A stretch of DNA of 27,965 bases from a virus (IMGVR_UViG_3300020042_001076:1-27965), one strand, 5' to 3'; positions 14,224-24,141 are shown, counted from the first letter of the stretch. Notes: generated from the sequence alone by a model not told the origin. Made by a program: numbers and translations.

Positions 14224-16587
14224 TTATGGATTCTCCTGTGAGAGTTGACGCTCAGTTTGAATTGCAGACTGCAAGAACTGTATCCGTGCATCCAGCGCTT
14301 TTGGCAACTTAACTGCGTCTGCAAATTTCTGAAACGATTGTGACATAGCAGTACTACGCAGGGTAGCGTTACTTGCTTGTCCTGATGTTGCCGCCTCAAT
14401 CGCCAGTTTCTGAAAGGCTGGGTCAGCAAATAATTTTCCTGCTGCCTTAAGAGAATCCTTGTTACCTTGGGTCAATGCGCTTGTAATCATCGAAGTTGCG
14501 CCAGCCGCAATAGGACCACTAACAGCCGCAGCACCTGTGACAGCAGCTTTGGCAAGTGTGCTTTCCATAATCTTACCAATCAGACTTTCTGCTTGAATTC
14601 CTTGCAAAAGTGCTTGGTTTGCTTTTCCAGTTGTCAAGACATTGGCTCTGGCTTCTGTGACACGCTTAGACACTTCAAACAAATCACGCAATACATCTGC
14701 CGAGTCTTTTCCAAGGGTATCAACAATAGTTTTGAAGACTGGTGGATTAGCTCTTAGTTTAGGATAAATGTCGGCAAACTCAGAAAATCCAAAGCCGCCC
14801 TTCTCAGCACCTCTTGCTGATCTAGTTACTGAGGCCAAGGCAGTTGCCAAAGTCTCTTTTCTTAAATCATCTGGCACTGTTTTAAGTAATCGATTAAATT
14901 CACCAGTATCACCTTTTGCAGCACTTGTGATTGCTGTACGCATCTTATTAGCAACACTGCCTTCAATGTCCTGTCCAAATGCGTTGACGATACGCTTGCC
15001 TAATGCACGTTCTTTTGCATATAACAAGTTCGCAGCACGCAATTCTTGGCGCAATGTTTCGCCGCCAATATTTCCCACATTTGTAAGTTGGTCATCAGCC
15101 AGTGCCGCATAAAGGCGTTTTAAATCAGCTTCAGCCATGCTTCCGTAGGGCGATTCCAGCTTATTTAGTGCATTGCCAATTAATGACTTTTCTCTTTTTA
15201 ATCGACCATATGTTACGTTCCCAGCCTCAACCATTTTTGCTAAATTACGTTCAGCAGCAGACATTCCAGTATCACCAACTTCGGCTTTTACAGCATCAAG
15301 CGTTGCTTTCAGTTTAGGTAAGTCAACAATAGTGGTTTTAGGAACTTTTTCGTCAACTGAGTTATAAACTTTGCCAGCCGCTGTATTTAAGTCTGAACGA
15401 GTTTTTGTTAATGTGTCTTTAATCTTTTGAGATACCACAGCAGGAGCAACAGCGCCCTCAACAAAAGTGGCATCAAATTGCTTTATCACATCATCGGCTT
15501 TGTCGACAGCTTGCGTAACCGTATTACGCCATGCTGCTTCGGCTTCACCGCCAGCAACAGACCGTGTTAGACCAGCCGCTGCCCTGACTTGTGGATTGTC
15601 ACTAAACACATCGGCAGGCAGTTCTATGCCAAGTCTCTCTGCTGATTCTTTTGCTGCAACATTAACTTGAGCAAGATCAGCCAGCCTATCCCTTGCGGCT
15701 GAAGAACCAAAGCCTGTGCCTGATGCTTTTTTGACCAGACTACCAACCTCTTCCTCGGCAACTTGAGCAACAACTGGTGCTACTGTTGGGGCTGGGGGTA
15801 TTTCTACTGTAGGCAGTGGTGCTTGCGCTTCAGGGGTAACACTCATGGGTGGTTCAAACGCTGGCTCTACCCTTGGCGCAACAGGTGCTGGTTGGCCTCT
15901 AACCCTACCGGCAACACTTTTCACAGCCGCCACTACTGGTGGCACAGCCTTTTGAATAATCTGCCCTACTGGGCCTGTGGCGGCTGCTAAAGCAATGTCT
16001 GTTGGGTTAATTTCACCACCAGTTGCCGCTTGTGTTCCCTCAATACCTAATTGTGTTAATCCAGCTTTGCCTGTCGCACCTAAAATTGTTGTCGCCCTGC
16101 CTGCTGGGGTAAATGCCAATACACCACCAACTGCACGGGGTATATCACCAACAGAAAAGCCAGGCGGGATTGCATATTCTTTTTGGTCAACACTTGAACG
16201 CAGAATGAAGTTACCTTTTTCATCCTGCCGCACACCAAGTTGCGGAAAGTTAGATTGCAAAATCTGCACCGTTTCTTTCGGGTTTGACACCAAACTACCC
16301 AATGCAGATTTGAACGATGCCACACTCAGTTGATTGAGTTCTGGCATGGTTGTCCACTCAGGCAATGCTTGCGTCTCTGGTGTTGCTCTAGCACGGCCAG
16401 TAATTGATTCACCAATACTTTCCAAAAAACCCATTTTTGCTGGTTCTTGTGTTGGTGCTGGTGCGGCTGATTGTTGTTCAGCACGGATTGCCGCAACTCT
16501 TGCTTTTAAGTCAGGAGAATCAGCAGGAACATCATCAGGGATGTTGTTAACCGTTATGCCATCTTTGGTGGTTATTGAATATGGCAT
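14224..16587 (-). CDS. DNA ejection/internal virion protein (P22 gp16-like)
   Basis: 787 aa, Ala-rich helical; third gene of the ejection triplet. Confidence 0.7.
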   Translation of the reverse strand: MPYSITTKDGITVNNIPDDVPADSPDLKARVAAIRAEQQSAAPAPTQEPAKMGFLESIGESITGRARATPETQALPEWTTMPELNQLSVASFKSALGSLVSNPKETVQILQSNFPQLGVRQDEKGNFILRSSVDQKEYAIPPGFSVGDIPRAVGGVLAFTPAGRATTILGATGKAGLTQLGIEGTQAATGGEINPTDIALAAATGPVGQIIQKAVPPVVAAVKSVAGRVRGQPAPVAPRVEPAFEPPMSVTPEAQAPLPTVEIPPAPTVAPVVAQVAEEEVGSLVKKASGTGFGSSAARDRLADLAQVNVAAKESAERLGIELPADVFSDNPQVRAAAGLTRSVAGGEAEAAWRNTVTQAVDKADDVIKQFDATFVEGAVAPAVVSQKIKDTLTKTRSDLNTAAGKVYNSVDEKVPKTTIVDLPKLKATLDAVKAEVGDTGMSAAERNLAKMVEAGNVTYGRLKREKSLIGNALNKLESPYGSMAEADLKRLYAALADDQLTNVGNIGGETLRQELRAANLLYAKERALGKRIVNAFGQDIEGSVANKMRTAITSAAKGDTGEFNRLLKTVPDDLRKETLATALASVTRSARGAEKGGFGFSEFADIYPKLRANPPVFKTIVDTLGKDSADVLRDLFEVSKRVTEARANVLTTGKANQALLQGIQAESLIGKIMESTLAKAAVTGAAAVSGPIAAGATSMITSALTQGNKDSLKAAGKLFADPAFQKLAIEAATSGQASNATLRSTAMSQSFQKFADAVKLPKALDARIQFLQSAIQTERQLSQENP

Positions 16588-16588
16588 A

Positions 16589-17899
16589 TCAATAATCCAC
16601 AGTTACATTGCGTTGATTAGCCGCTGGTGGTGCGCTAGGCAAAGCCTCTACATTATCTAAAAACATTTGTGCTGTTGGGCTTTTTGATGCGGCAGAACTT
16701 AGTAGTTTTTTGCTTTTAGTATATTGGGCGTTTGCTGCACGTTCTGCAACATTAAAAATAATATCCAATTCGCCTTTTGAAAAACTTATATCGCCACTAC
16801 GGGCTTGCAATAAAAGCGCCTGCTCTCTGTCTGTGATTGCACCTTGACCAGTCAACATTGATCGTGACTTCAAAGCCATTTCAGAGAGTCCTTGTATCAA
16901 TTCTCTAGTTGCATTTATTTTCTTATCGCCAGTAAAACCTAATGCTTCACCAATCCTATTCGCATCAAGACGAACATTCGCCAATGGGCCTGTTATGGCA
17001 ATACCTAATGCCTTACGATATCTTGGTAAGTCAGTTAACTGAGTTGCCGCTGAATTAGCTTGGTTGTAAAGGTCAGGCACTAATTTGCCAAGTTCACTCT
17101 CTGCTGTTTTTTCTAGATTAGTAACATTTACGTTTGTTACTGCGCCCGCAGGTTTTTTTAGAACTTGCAGTGAAGAAAATGTTTTTTGTTCCTCTGGTGT
17201 TAGATTTGCAAAATCAAGTGCTTCTTGCACGCTTGGGGCAAGTTTTTCTTTATTGGCTTTATCAAGTTGAGCTTGTGCTAAGGGACGTGCAAATTCTGCT
17301 GTCACTCCTGCGGCTTTTGCATCGGCTTCTAATTTTTCTAGAGTTGGCTTTGCTTGTTTTTGCTTTTCTAAGGTTTCAACAACTTTGCCAAATTTTTCTG
17401 GGTTGAGCAAAGTCAAGGCAAAGTTTGTCTGCGCTTTGGCTTTTTTAACTCGGTCTGGGTCATCTACGTTTGACAGAATTTGTTGTACCTGACCGTAAAC
17501 CGATGGTGGTAGGTTTGATTTTTTCCTTGCATCCACTGTTTGCGTCAGTAGGCCAAGTGCAATCTCTGGTTTATTGTTTTCAAGCGCAACAGCTACATCT
17601 CTGCCAATGTTAAATTCAGAATCTTGTTGTTCTTGAGTGAATCGACTTGCCACATCTTTTATCGCTTCTCTTTGTTGCGGGTACTTCAATGAAAAATCAT
17701 TAAATGCCTTCATTGACGGGTTGTTTAATATCTGTTGTAAATCAGTCTTGTAAGCCGCCTTTATTTGCTCAGCTTGTTCTGACGCGACACGCTTTTCTTG
17801 AATTTCTCGAATGCTTGTTCCAAGTTGTAAGCCGCTGAGTAAGCTCTGCCCAAGATCAGGCTGCGGTATTTGCGACATGTAATTGATTGGTTGCACCAT
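16589..17899 (-). CDS. DNA ejection protein (P22 gp20-like position)
   Basis: 436 aa, helical, Q/A/K-rich; GAITDRE motif; synteny. Confidence 0.65.
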   Translation of the reverse strand: MVQPINYMSQIPQPDLGQSLLSGLQLGTSIREIQEKRVASEQAEQIKAAYKTDLQQILNNPSMKAFNDFSLKYPQQREAIKDVASRFTQEQQDSEFNIGRDVAVALENNKPEIALGLLTQTVDARKKSNLPPSVYGQVQQILSNVDDPDRVKKAKAQTNFALTLLNPEKFGKVVETLEKQKQAKPTLEKLEADAKAAGVTAEFARPLAQAQLDKANKEKLAPSVQEALDFANLTPEEQKTFSSLQVLKKPAGAVTNVNVTNLEKTAESELGKLVPDLYNQANSAATQLTDLPRYRKALGIAITGPLANVRLDANRIGEALGFTGDKKINATRELIQGLSEMALKSRSMLTGQGAITDREQALLLQARSGDISFSKGELDIIFNVAERAANAQYTKSKKLLSSAASKSPTAQMFLDNVEALPSAPPAANQRNVTVDY

Positions 17900-17908
17900 A
17901 ATCTCACC

Positions 17909-18643
17909 TTAAAAAGGGCCAAGTGGCACTCTTGAGGGACCAAAGCCACCCATGCCTGCAACAGTTCCACCAATTTGCAAAAGTTGACCAAAGGTACGCC
18001 CAGGCACTGACCCCGCCGCAATCTGACCACCCGCTGTTGCTGCGCCTTGCTGACCTAAAAGACCAGATACATTTGCACCAAGTTGCTGACTTGCACCAGC
18101 TTGACCAGCAGCCGAGGCTTGCCCTCTTGAAAATATATCCGATGTCACACCCAAACCAGTAGCTGATAAACCGCCCAACCGCCCGTATTGCTGTTCAATC
18201 AAGCTTGACAAAAGCTGCGGGCGAAACTGGCTTAAAGCACCTTGGATATTGCCACCGCGCAACCCACCTGTGGCTGAAGCACGTTGTAGCAATGCTTCTT
18301 CGCCTTGTTGTGCCAAACTTTTAAATGTTTCGCTACCACTCAATCGCTCAATGGCAGCACGTTCTTCTTCTGGCCCTCGTAAACCCAAAAGTGCTTGCTG
18401 TTGTTCAAATGATCTAGCCCCTGCTTCTTCAAAAGGCGCAAGTCTTGTTAATGCCCCAGTGCCTGCTGTGACATAAGGTGACATCAGCTCAACAAACTTA
18501 TCAAACTGCCTGCGCTGTTCCTCAATAGCCGCTTGCGCTGCTGCCGCTTGCGTTCTGCTGGCTGCTTCACCTGCTTCACCAGCTTGTTTTGCGCCAGTTA
18601 TGCCGCCAAAAATATCACCAATTAAATCGCCAACAAAACTCAT
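17909..18643 (-). CDS. DNA transfer protein (P22 gp7-like)
   Basis: Start ATG 18643 (ATGA overlap); G/A/Q-rich; PYV.AG..AL, QGEEALLQ.ASATGGLRGGN.Q.AL. Confidence 0.85.
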   Translation of the reverse strand: MSFVGDLIGDIFGGITGAKQAGEAGEAASRTQAAAAQAAIEEQRRQFDKFVELMSPYVTAGTGALTRLAPFEEAGARSFEQQQALLGLRGPEEERAAIERLSGSETFKSLAQQGEEALLQRASATGGLRGGNIQGALSQFRPQLLSSLIEQQYGRLGGLSATGLGVTSDIFSRGQASAAGQAGASQQLGANVSGLLGQQGAATAGGQIAAGSVPGRTFGQLLQIGGTVAGMGGFGPSRVPLGPF

Positions 18644-19086
18644 ATTGCGCCCCATTCCTGTCGGGTCATACCCAACATATAGACATCTTTGACTTTGCCA
18701 TTTTGAATACAGGCACAGCGCCTGCAACCCTCTACTTTGAAACCCAACTTGATGCAATAGTTCTTTGCAGTTTCAAGTCCTTCAATAATGTAAGCAGTCA
18801 CCCGCAAGATTGGTTGAGCAAAAGCCCATGCAAGGCAGGCTAACCCGAGAGTACGAGATTCTTTTAGGGCTGATTTTTTAAGTAACGCATGAAGTTCTAA
18901 TTCGATTGCGCTTTGCTTAATAACAATAAAAGCACCAACAAATGAACCGCCAATCCAAGCCGATAGATAGGTCACGTTTGGATGTTGGATTGGTGCAGCG
19001 GGGCGGTGGTCATGTCCAACCTTTGTGATGTACGGGTCTGAATAGACCTCCATCAAATGCTGCTCTGTGATTCCAAGCGTAACCAT
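18640..19086 (-). CDS. GNAT-fold protein (P22 gp14/DUF2824-like)
   Basis: AGGAG RBS before ATG 19086; ELH.L...RVTAYI......NYC.KLGFK.EG..R....NG...DVY.LGMTR.EW. Confidence 0.8.
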   Translation of the reverse strand: MVTLGITEQHLMEVYSDPYITKVGHDHRPAAPIQHPNVTYLSAWIGGSFVGAFIVIKQSAIELELHALLKKSALKESRTLGLACLAWAFAQPILRVTAYIIEGLETAKNYCIKLGFKVEGCRRCACIQNGKVKDVYMLGMTRQEWGAI

Positions 19087-19092
19087 GCACAA

Positions 19093-19165
19093 CTCCTATA
19101 TAGGGTAGGCCGCTGGATGCCATAACTCAGCGGATTGATTTTCGCACAAATTGACAAAAGGTCAA
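19093..19165 (-). promoter_or_regulatory. Putative internal promoter and structured leader upstream of the gp14/ejection genes
   Basis: TTGACC-16-GAAAAT with TG extension; inverted repeat TTGAC-N5-GTCAA; hairpin CCGCTG/CAGCGG (19133-19110); CCTATATAGG palindrome overlapping the RBS. Confidence 0.5.
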
Positions 19166-19557
19166 TATTCTTCTTCTTCATCTTCCCAAGCCTGACAAAC
19201 CCGCATATCGTTGCAGATAAAGTTCAGCTTTTCGCAATGCCCACGATACCCATATCCAGTGTCATACCCAGCCATCGGGATTCGTTCAATCCGCACTTGG
19301 GTCATCAAGCTGTTGTCGTAATAACCACAGTTCGAGCAATGCTTGCGCCTTGCGTCTTTTGCGTCACACTGCATGGCCTCTGCCAGTGAATCATAAAACT
19401 CAGGATTTGCCTTTGGGTCGTTGCTGGGTTCTTCAGGTCCATAGTGCCAATCTTTCACCGCAATCAGGAAATTGGCTTTATTCTCAGCAACAGTTAAAAA
19501 CTCTTCTTCGCTTGGCAAGCCCATGAAACCCTTGGGCATCATCATAAAATCTTTCAT
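19162..19557 (-). CDS. Cys-rich putative metal/Fe-S-binding protein
   Basis: HCSNCGYY...GHCEKLNFIC..MRVCQAW; TAAGGAG RBS. Confidence 0.75.
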   Translation of the reverse strand: MKDFMMMPKGFMGLPSEEEFLTVAENKANFLIAVKDWHYGPEEPSNDPKANPEFYDSLAEAMQCDAKDARRKHCSNCGYYDNSLMTQVRIERIPMAGYDTGYGYRGHCEKLNFICNDMRVCQAWEDEEEEY

Positions 19558-19567
19558 TTTCTACTCC

Positions 19568-19903
19568 TTAAGAAATTTCTCTGCCTGATGCTCGAATGGT
19601 CAAGGATGTTGCCGCCCCTGCAAGCGTGGATATAAAACCACTAGCCTCTAATGCTTGCCCCACCAACTCAGGACAGGTGTAGGTCTCATCGGGCACGATG
19701 GTTCGCGCATCAATAATCAGGTTCGATGCCCCTGCTGACCCAGACGCAGTGACCAAATTGCAACTAAAAGTCACATTGTTGCCGCTGGTGTTAGTCACAG
19801 TGAACTTGTCAATAATTGCCTTGACATTTGTTGCTGTGTATTGAGTGGTCTGTGCGTTTTCTGCCTGTTTCGCAGGGATAAGTACTTTTACTGTTACGGT
19901 CAT
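19568..19903 (-). CDS. Hypothetical virion protein
   Basis: 111 aa, beta-rich; ATGA-coupled to the needle gene. Confidence 0.75.
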   Translation of the reverse strand: MTVTVKVLIPAKQAENAQTTQYTATNVKAIIDKFTVTNTSGNNVTFSCNLVTASGSAGASNLIIDARTIVPDETYTCPELVGQALEASGFISTLAGAATSLTIRASGREIS

Positions 19904-20769
19904 AGGACACCTTCTATGTTGTTGTTTACTGTCAGAATTATGGACGGGATTGCAGGGACTGGTGCGGTTGCTGGAACGGCTAAAACTTCAACGCTTAAAT
20001 CAGTGACTGAAAACATTACCTCAACATAGTCGTTAGCTTTTAAATCTAAAAATAAATTGTAGGCTGAGAAAATCTCGGCGTTGTTTCCCTGAATACGGAT
20101 AAACCCTGCACTGTTGGCAATATTTACACCGTTCAACCTGAACCAAATGTAGAACTCCGCAGTGCCGCCTGATGTTTTATCTATTTGAAAGCTGAGAGCA
20201 AAGTTGTATAAACCCTCGCTATCGACCACGATTCTTGATGTAGGGCTACCAATAAATACTCCATTGCTTAAGTCAGTCGTGTTGAATGTGATTGCTGTTG
20301 CGGTGTTGATGACTGTTGCCGTTTGTGTGGTGGTGTCAAAAAACGACCCATACCTTGCCCGTTTGAACTCTCTAGGCGGCGGGGTCATCTGCAAACCATC
20401 AACTGCTTTATTCAACTTGTCCACCAGTGCCAAAGCCTGATTTGCTTTGCTTTCAGCTAATGCCACCGTCACTGCCGTTTCTTGCGCCAGCAATGCAATC
20501 CTGTCTAGTGCGTCTTGTGCCTTTGCCCCTAATGCCGCATCATTAACTTCAGTCTCTTGCGCCAAAGCAATAATCTGCGCCAGTGCATCATTTGCTGTTG
20601 ACTGGGCTGTTCCTGCGGCAATATTTATCTCAACCACCACATCAGGCGCAATCGCATCCACAGTCGCAAACAATAACTCAAACTGCCTGATTTGTTGTTG
20701 GTCAGTCAGGAATGTGGCAAGCTGGTCTCGCGTCAGATTCAGCTTACGAGAAACTGGTGCGGTTGCCAT
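19900..20769 (-). CDS. Tail needle-like protein (gp26 position): coiled coil plus C1q/TNF-like knob
   Basis: Ala/Leu heptads, then YGSF.D.T.Q...ITFNTTD..NG...G.YN...S.Q...L.ANDYVE; follows gp10. Confidence 0.65.
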   Translation of the reverse strand: MATAPVSRKLNLTRDQLATFLTDQQQIRQFELLFATVDAIAPDVVVEINIAAGTAQSTANDALAQIIALAQETEVNDAALGAKAQDALDRIALLAQETAVTVALAESKANQALALVDKLNKAVDGLQMTPPPREFKRARYGSFFDTTTQTATVINTATAITFNTTDLSNGVFIGSPTSRIVVDSEGLYNFALSFQIDKTSGGTAEFYIWFRLNGVNIANSAGFIRIQGNNAEIFSAYNLFLDLKANDYVEVMFSVTDLSVEVLAVPATAPVPAIPSIILTVNNNIEGVL

Positions 20770-22175
20770 CAGTACGCCAATGCTTCTATTTGTGCTTCAA
20801 GTCTTACATAAGACACATGGGCATCACTGTCGCCACGGAAACGCTGTATGCGCCAGTTCCTCATATGACCCTGCTGAAACCATGCAAGGCGCTTCTTAGT
20901 GTTGCCAATCGTGCCAACCGAAATAAACTTTTCTTGGCTGTATGCTTTGCCATCCAGCGAGTAACTGGTGCTGATTTGTGGATTCTTACCAAGTGCAATA
21001 CTGCCAGTTAAGCTGACAAGTTCCATCTCGTTGAATATTGCCCCGTTGCTCTCGTTGTAAACAATCAGTGTTCCAAACTCCCAATAGACTTGCTGCCCCC
21101 AGTGATGGCCTATGTCCTGCACTAAGTAGCCAATATTTGTACTTTGCGGGTCACCCACCATCCACTTGTCGTATACCCAAACCATGTTTCTAGCACGATA
21201 TTGTGAAAGACCCACCAAGGTACTCACCAAAGTGAACCAAACAGGGACTTGCAAAGCCTCGGATGCGGCTGCGTCATAAACCAAAGTCTGGTCAGGCAAA
21301 TGCACATAAAGGTGCTGATGACTTTTGTCGTTCCTTGCTTCCAGCTTAACCAAAGCCAACTGCGCCTCGGTGTATTCCAACAGAATATTGTCAATCTCTT
21401 GCGTGCTTATTTTTGTTGTAACTGCAGATGCACCGACGTAAATACTTGGGGCTTCGTTTCTGCCACTGCCCAAAAATGCTACGCGTTCAATAAACACACA
21501 GCAAGCAAATGTACCCACAACGCCTTTTTGTATCTGTGCGCCATCAATCCGTGCAAATGGAAACAAATCACCGCCCACATTGTCGAATACCTCAATCGTG
21601 TTGCGGTTCAGTGCATAGACCTCATTTCGCAGCTTCAGCAATGCCACCACTGGGTCAGGGTCAACCTCTGAACTGCCGTACTTCAACGGATTCACAACCA
21701 GCGGGTTGGATAACTCTGTGACTATAAGAAACTCGCCATCCGTGGTCATGAAGTATCCATCAACCCACACCACATCCAGCACCACCCCAAGGTCAGGGTC
21801 TGTGACTTGGGTCAGCGTTGTGCCGTTCCAGTAATACAGCCGCCCACCCGATGCTATTGCCAACTCGTCAAAGCTGTAATCAAAAGTCACCAGTTGATCT
21901 GTTGGTCCACCTACATCACCCAATGTGGTCACTGTACCCGCGCTGTCAATCTCAACAAACTTTGTACCCATCACCCGATATAGACCGCCTTGCCAGTTGA
22001 TGCCGCCACGATCAATGCCTGTTCCTGTGCCGTTTGCCACAATCCCATCGCCTGGTCGCAAAAAGCCATTGCTGATGCCTGATTGTTTTGGCACAGGCAC
22101 AAGATTGACTGGGTACGATGTACGCAGTTCAGGTGTGTTGTCGGTGTAAATACCGTTCAAGATAGGTATTTGCAT
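20769..22175 (-). CDS. Packaged-DNA stabilisation/tail hub protein (P22 gp10-like)
   Basis: MQIPIL.G...YPVNLVP..K..G.S.G.LRP.DG...RGGI.W...LYRVMG.K; DGYF; E..PD.V. Confidence 0.9.
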   Translation of the reverse strand: MQIPILNGIYTDNTPELRTSYPVNLVPVPKQSGISNGFLRPGDGIVANGTGTGIDRGGINWQGGLYRVMGTKFVEIDSAGTVTTLGDVGGPTDQLVTFDYSFDELAIASGGRLYYWNGTTLTQVTDPDLGVVLDVVWVDGYFMTTDGEFLIVTELSNPLVVNPLKYGSSEVDPDPVVALLKLRNEVYALNRNTIEVFDNVGGDLFPFARIDGAQIQKGVVGTFACCVFIERVAFLGSGRNEAPSIYVGASAVTTKISTQEIDNILLEYTEAQLALVKLEARNDKSHQHLYVHLPDQTLVYDAAASEALQVPVWFTLVSTLVGLSQYRARNMVWVYDKWMVGDPQSTNIGYLVQDIGHHWGQQVYWEFGTLIVYNESNGAIFNEMELVSLTGSIALGKNPQISTSYSLDGKAYSQEKFISVGTIGNTKKRLAWFQQGHMRNWRIQRFRGDSDAHVSYVRLEAQIEALAY

Positions 22176-22469
22176 TTACTTGGCCTTGTTTCGGGCAGAT
22201 ATTTTTTTTGCTTTGGCTTGAGCATCTGCCTTTGAGGTAGCCCCCCAAGCCCTCAAACTCAACAGCAGGCGGGTAGGCTTACCGTCTTTGTATTCAGGGC
22301 CAGCATTGCCACCCATACGGGCTAGAAAAGATGCCCTGCGGGGGTTATCACCAGTCTTGACTGGTGGCTTTAAATTCATGCCCTCGGCCTTTGCCGCAGC
22401 CCTACCCTTGGCGTTAAGTCCACCACGGGGATTCTGGCCCTCTTTGCGTGCATAAACGGGGGTTTTCAT
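22176..22469 (-). CDS. Small basic protein (DUF6321-like)
   Basis: GGLNAKGRA...NLKPPVK.GDNPRRASFLARM...RL..SL.AWG. Confidence 0.75.
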   Translation of the reverse strand: MKTPVYARKEGQNPRGGLNAKGRAAAKAEGMNLKPPVKTGDNPRRASFLARMGGNAGPEYKDGKPTRLLLSLRAWGATSKADAQAKAKKISARNKAK

Positions 22470-22699
22470 CTAAAACTCTTGATCTTTTCGGCAACCTTTT
22501 TCGGTTGCTTTGCAAACTGTTTGCCAGCTTTTGTGGCTTCACGCTTTGCCCGTGTCGTTGCTGCATACTCAGCAGGGGTCAATGCTTTGATGGCGGCTGC
22601 TGGCAAATATCTTTCGCCCGTTTCGGACGATGGCTTGCCTGACTTAGTGCGCCAGTCCTGCTTGCCCCAGTCTGACAGTGACTTTTGCGGGGCTTTCAT
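22466..22699 (-). CDS. Small basic protein (resembles the C-terminal part of DUF5872)
   Basis: QKSL.DW.KQDWRTKSGKPS..TGERYLP..AIKAL...EYAATT.AKR. Confidence 0.75.
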   Translation of the reverse strand: MKAPQKSLSDWGKQDWRTKSGKPSSETGERYLPAAAIKALTPAEYAATTRAKREATKAGKQFAKQPKKVAEKIKSFR

Positions 22700-22845
22700 T
22701 TTTTGGCTTTTTTGGGTGGTGTATGTTTAAGGTTCACACTTGCAGCCGTGTGCGTTGCACCAGTCATCACCTTGCTGCCAATCTTATGTACTGGGCCTTT
22801 GTAGACTTTGCCATCAGGCAAGTAATGCGCTGTCTTTTTAGTCAC
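22696..22845 (-). CDS. Small basic His-containing protein, 49 aa (not in ORF track)
   Basis: GTG start: MTKKTAHYLPDGKVYKGPVHKIGSKVMTGATHTAASVNLKHTPPKKAKK; overlaps both neighbours. Confidence 0.7.
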   Translation of the reverse strand: MTKKTAHYLPDGKVYKGPVHKIGSKVMTGATHTAASVNLKHTPPKKAKK

Positions 22846-23023
22846 GATAACCACCGCCTTTTTTCTTGTACTCTACCGCCAGCAGTTGGGCTTTACGGGC
22901 TGACCATTCGCCGGGGTCGCCACCCTTTGTCCCTGCCTTGATTCGCTCAAACAGGGCTTTTCGCATGGTTGGTTTTGTGTAGTTGCCAGCCGCATTAACA
23001 GAGGATTTGGGTTTGGTTGCCAT
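22838..23023 (-). CDS. Small basic protein (resembles the N-terminal part of DUF5872)
   Basis: NYTKP.MR..LF..IKAG.KGG.PGEWSARKAQLLA.EYKK.GGGY. Confidence 0.75.
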   Translation of the reverse strand: MATKPKSSVNAAGNYTKPTMRKALFERIKAGTKGGDPGEWSARKAQLLAVEYKKKGGGYRD

Positions 23024-24141
23024 TACGCACTCACAGCTTTAATGACAGCAAATGCAATAACAATAGCTTCAGATAAAGAACCCAAAGAAATATTGCGCAC
23101 GTTAATGCTTGCTGACCCTGCCGCTGACTGAGCATTAAGCAAATAAGAACCAGCAGTGCCGCCACTAATATGATTCATTACCAAAATGTCGCCAGCCTCG
23201 ATTACAGTGTTAGTTAAGGTGAAACTCACAGTTGTTGAAGCAGCTAATGCAGCAGCGTCTAATGTAATTTGCCCTGTGGATTTGCTTAATGTTACCGCTG
23301 TTGCTTTGCTAGTAAGTTGCGTTACAACACCACCAGCCCCAGTTGCATAGCCTTGCTTGCCTGTACCTGTGATAACTTGATTGCCAGTAGTTGATAGGCT
23401 TGTGCCAGTAGCCGCGCCGATGACTGGTGTCACCATGACCATACTTGTGGATGTGCAGGCACTGATGACACCTGATGCAACTGTGCCCAGTGCTGGCGTG
23501 ACCAAAGCTGGGCTAGTAAATGTGCCAGTGCTGACAGTTGGGTTTGTGATTATTGGCGTTGTCAAAGTTGGACTTGTTGCAAACACCAACAGGCCAGTGC
23601 CAGTCTCATCGGTCATTGCAGTCCGTAGATTTGCACTCGATGGGGTCGCCAAGAAAGCCTGTATGCCAGCGGCTAAAACTAAGCTCGTATTTAATGCGTA
23701 CCAACTGTTTGTTGGTTGGTAGTATCGAATTTCAGTTGCTGCACCAGCAGCCAACGTAGTTACCGCACCATAAATTGCTGTCGCGCCATTCAGGGCAATA
23801 GTCAGCGAGGTAATTTCTTGGGTGCTTGAAATAATGACCGTAGTGCCATCAGGCACACCAGTATTTAGCGGTAGCGTAATTGTGCCCGTTGCCAGCAATC
23901 CAGCGGGTTGCAGCAGCATCCATTGCTGTTCTGCAACAGGGGTCGGCACGGTGATGTTGAAACCGTTAGCAGGCACAAAAAGATTCACCGCCAAAGTTGG
24001 CGATGCAAAACTTTGCTGAAAAAACGTTAGCAAACTGCCGATAGAGGTACGTCTTGCATCACCATTGTTGGGCGAATAAACGGGTAATTGATCGCCACTT
24101 GAAATGACATTCAAAACTGGCAGTTGATTGATCGTTGGCAT
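23023..24141 (-). CDS. Fibre-like structural protein
   Basis: PTINQLP...GDQLPV....GDARR; Thr/Ala-rich; SSANL..A.TDETGTG..VFATSPTL.TP shaft motif. Confidence 0.75.
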   Translation of the reverse strand: MPTINQLPVLNVISSGDQLPVYSPNNGDARRTSIGSLLTFFQQSFASPTLAVNLFVPANGFNITVPTPVAEQQWMLLQPAGLLATGTITLPLNTGVPDGTTVIISSTQEITSLTIALNGATAIYGAVTTLAAGAATEIRYYQPTNSWYALNTSLVLAAGIQAFLATPSSANLRTAMTDETGTGLLVFATSPTLTTPIITNPTVSTGTFTSPALVTPALGTVASGVISACTSTSMVMVTPVIGAATGTSLSTTGNQVITGTGKQGYATGAGGVVTQLTSKATAVTLSKSTGQITLDAAALAASTTVSFTLTNTVIEAGDILVMNHISGGTAGSYLLNAQSAAGSASINVRNISLGSLSEAIVIAFAVIKAVSA

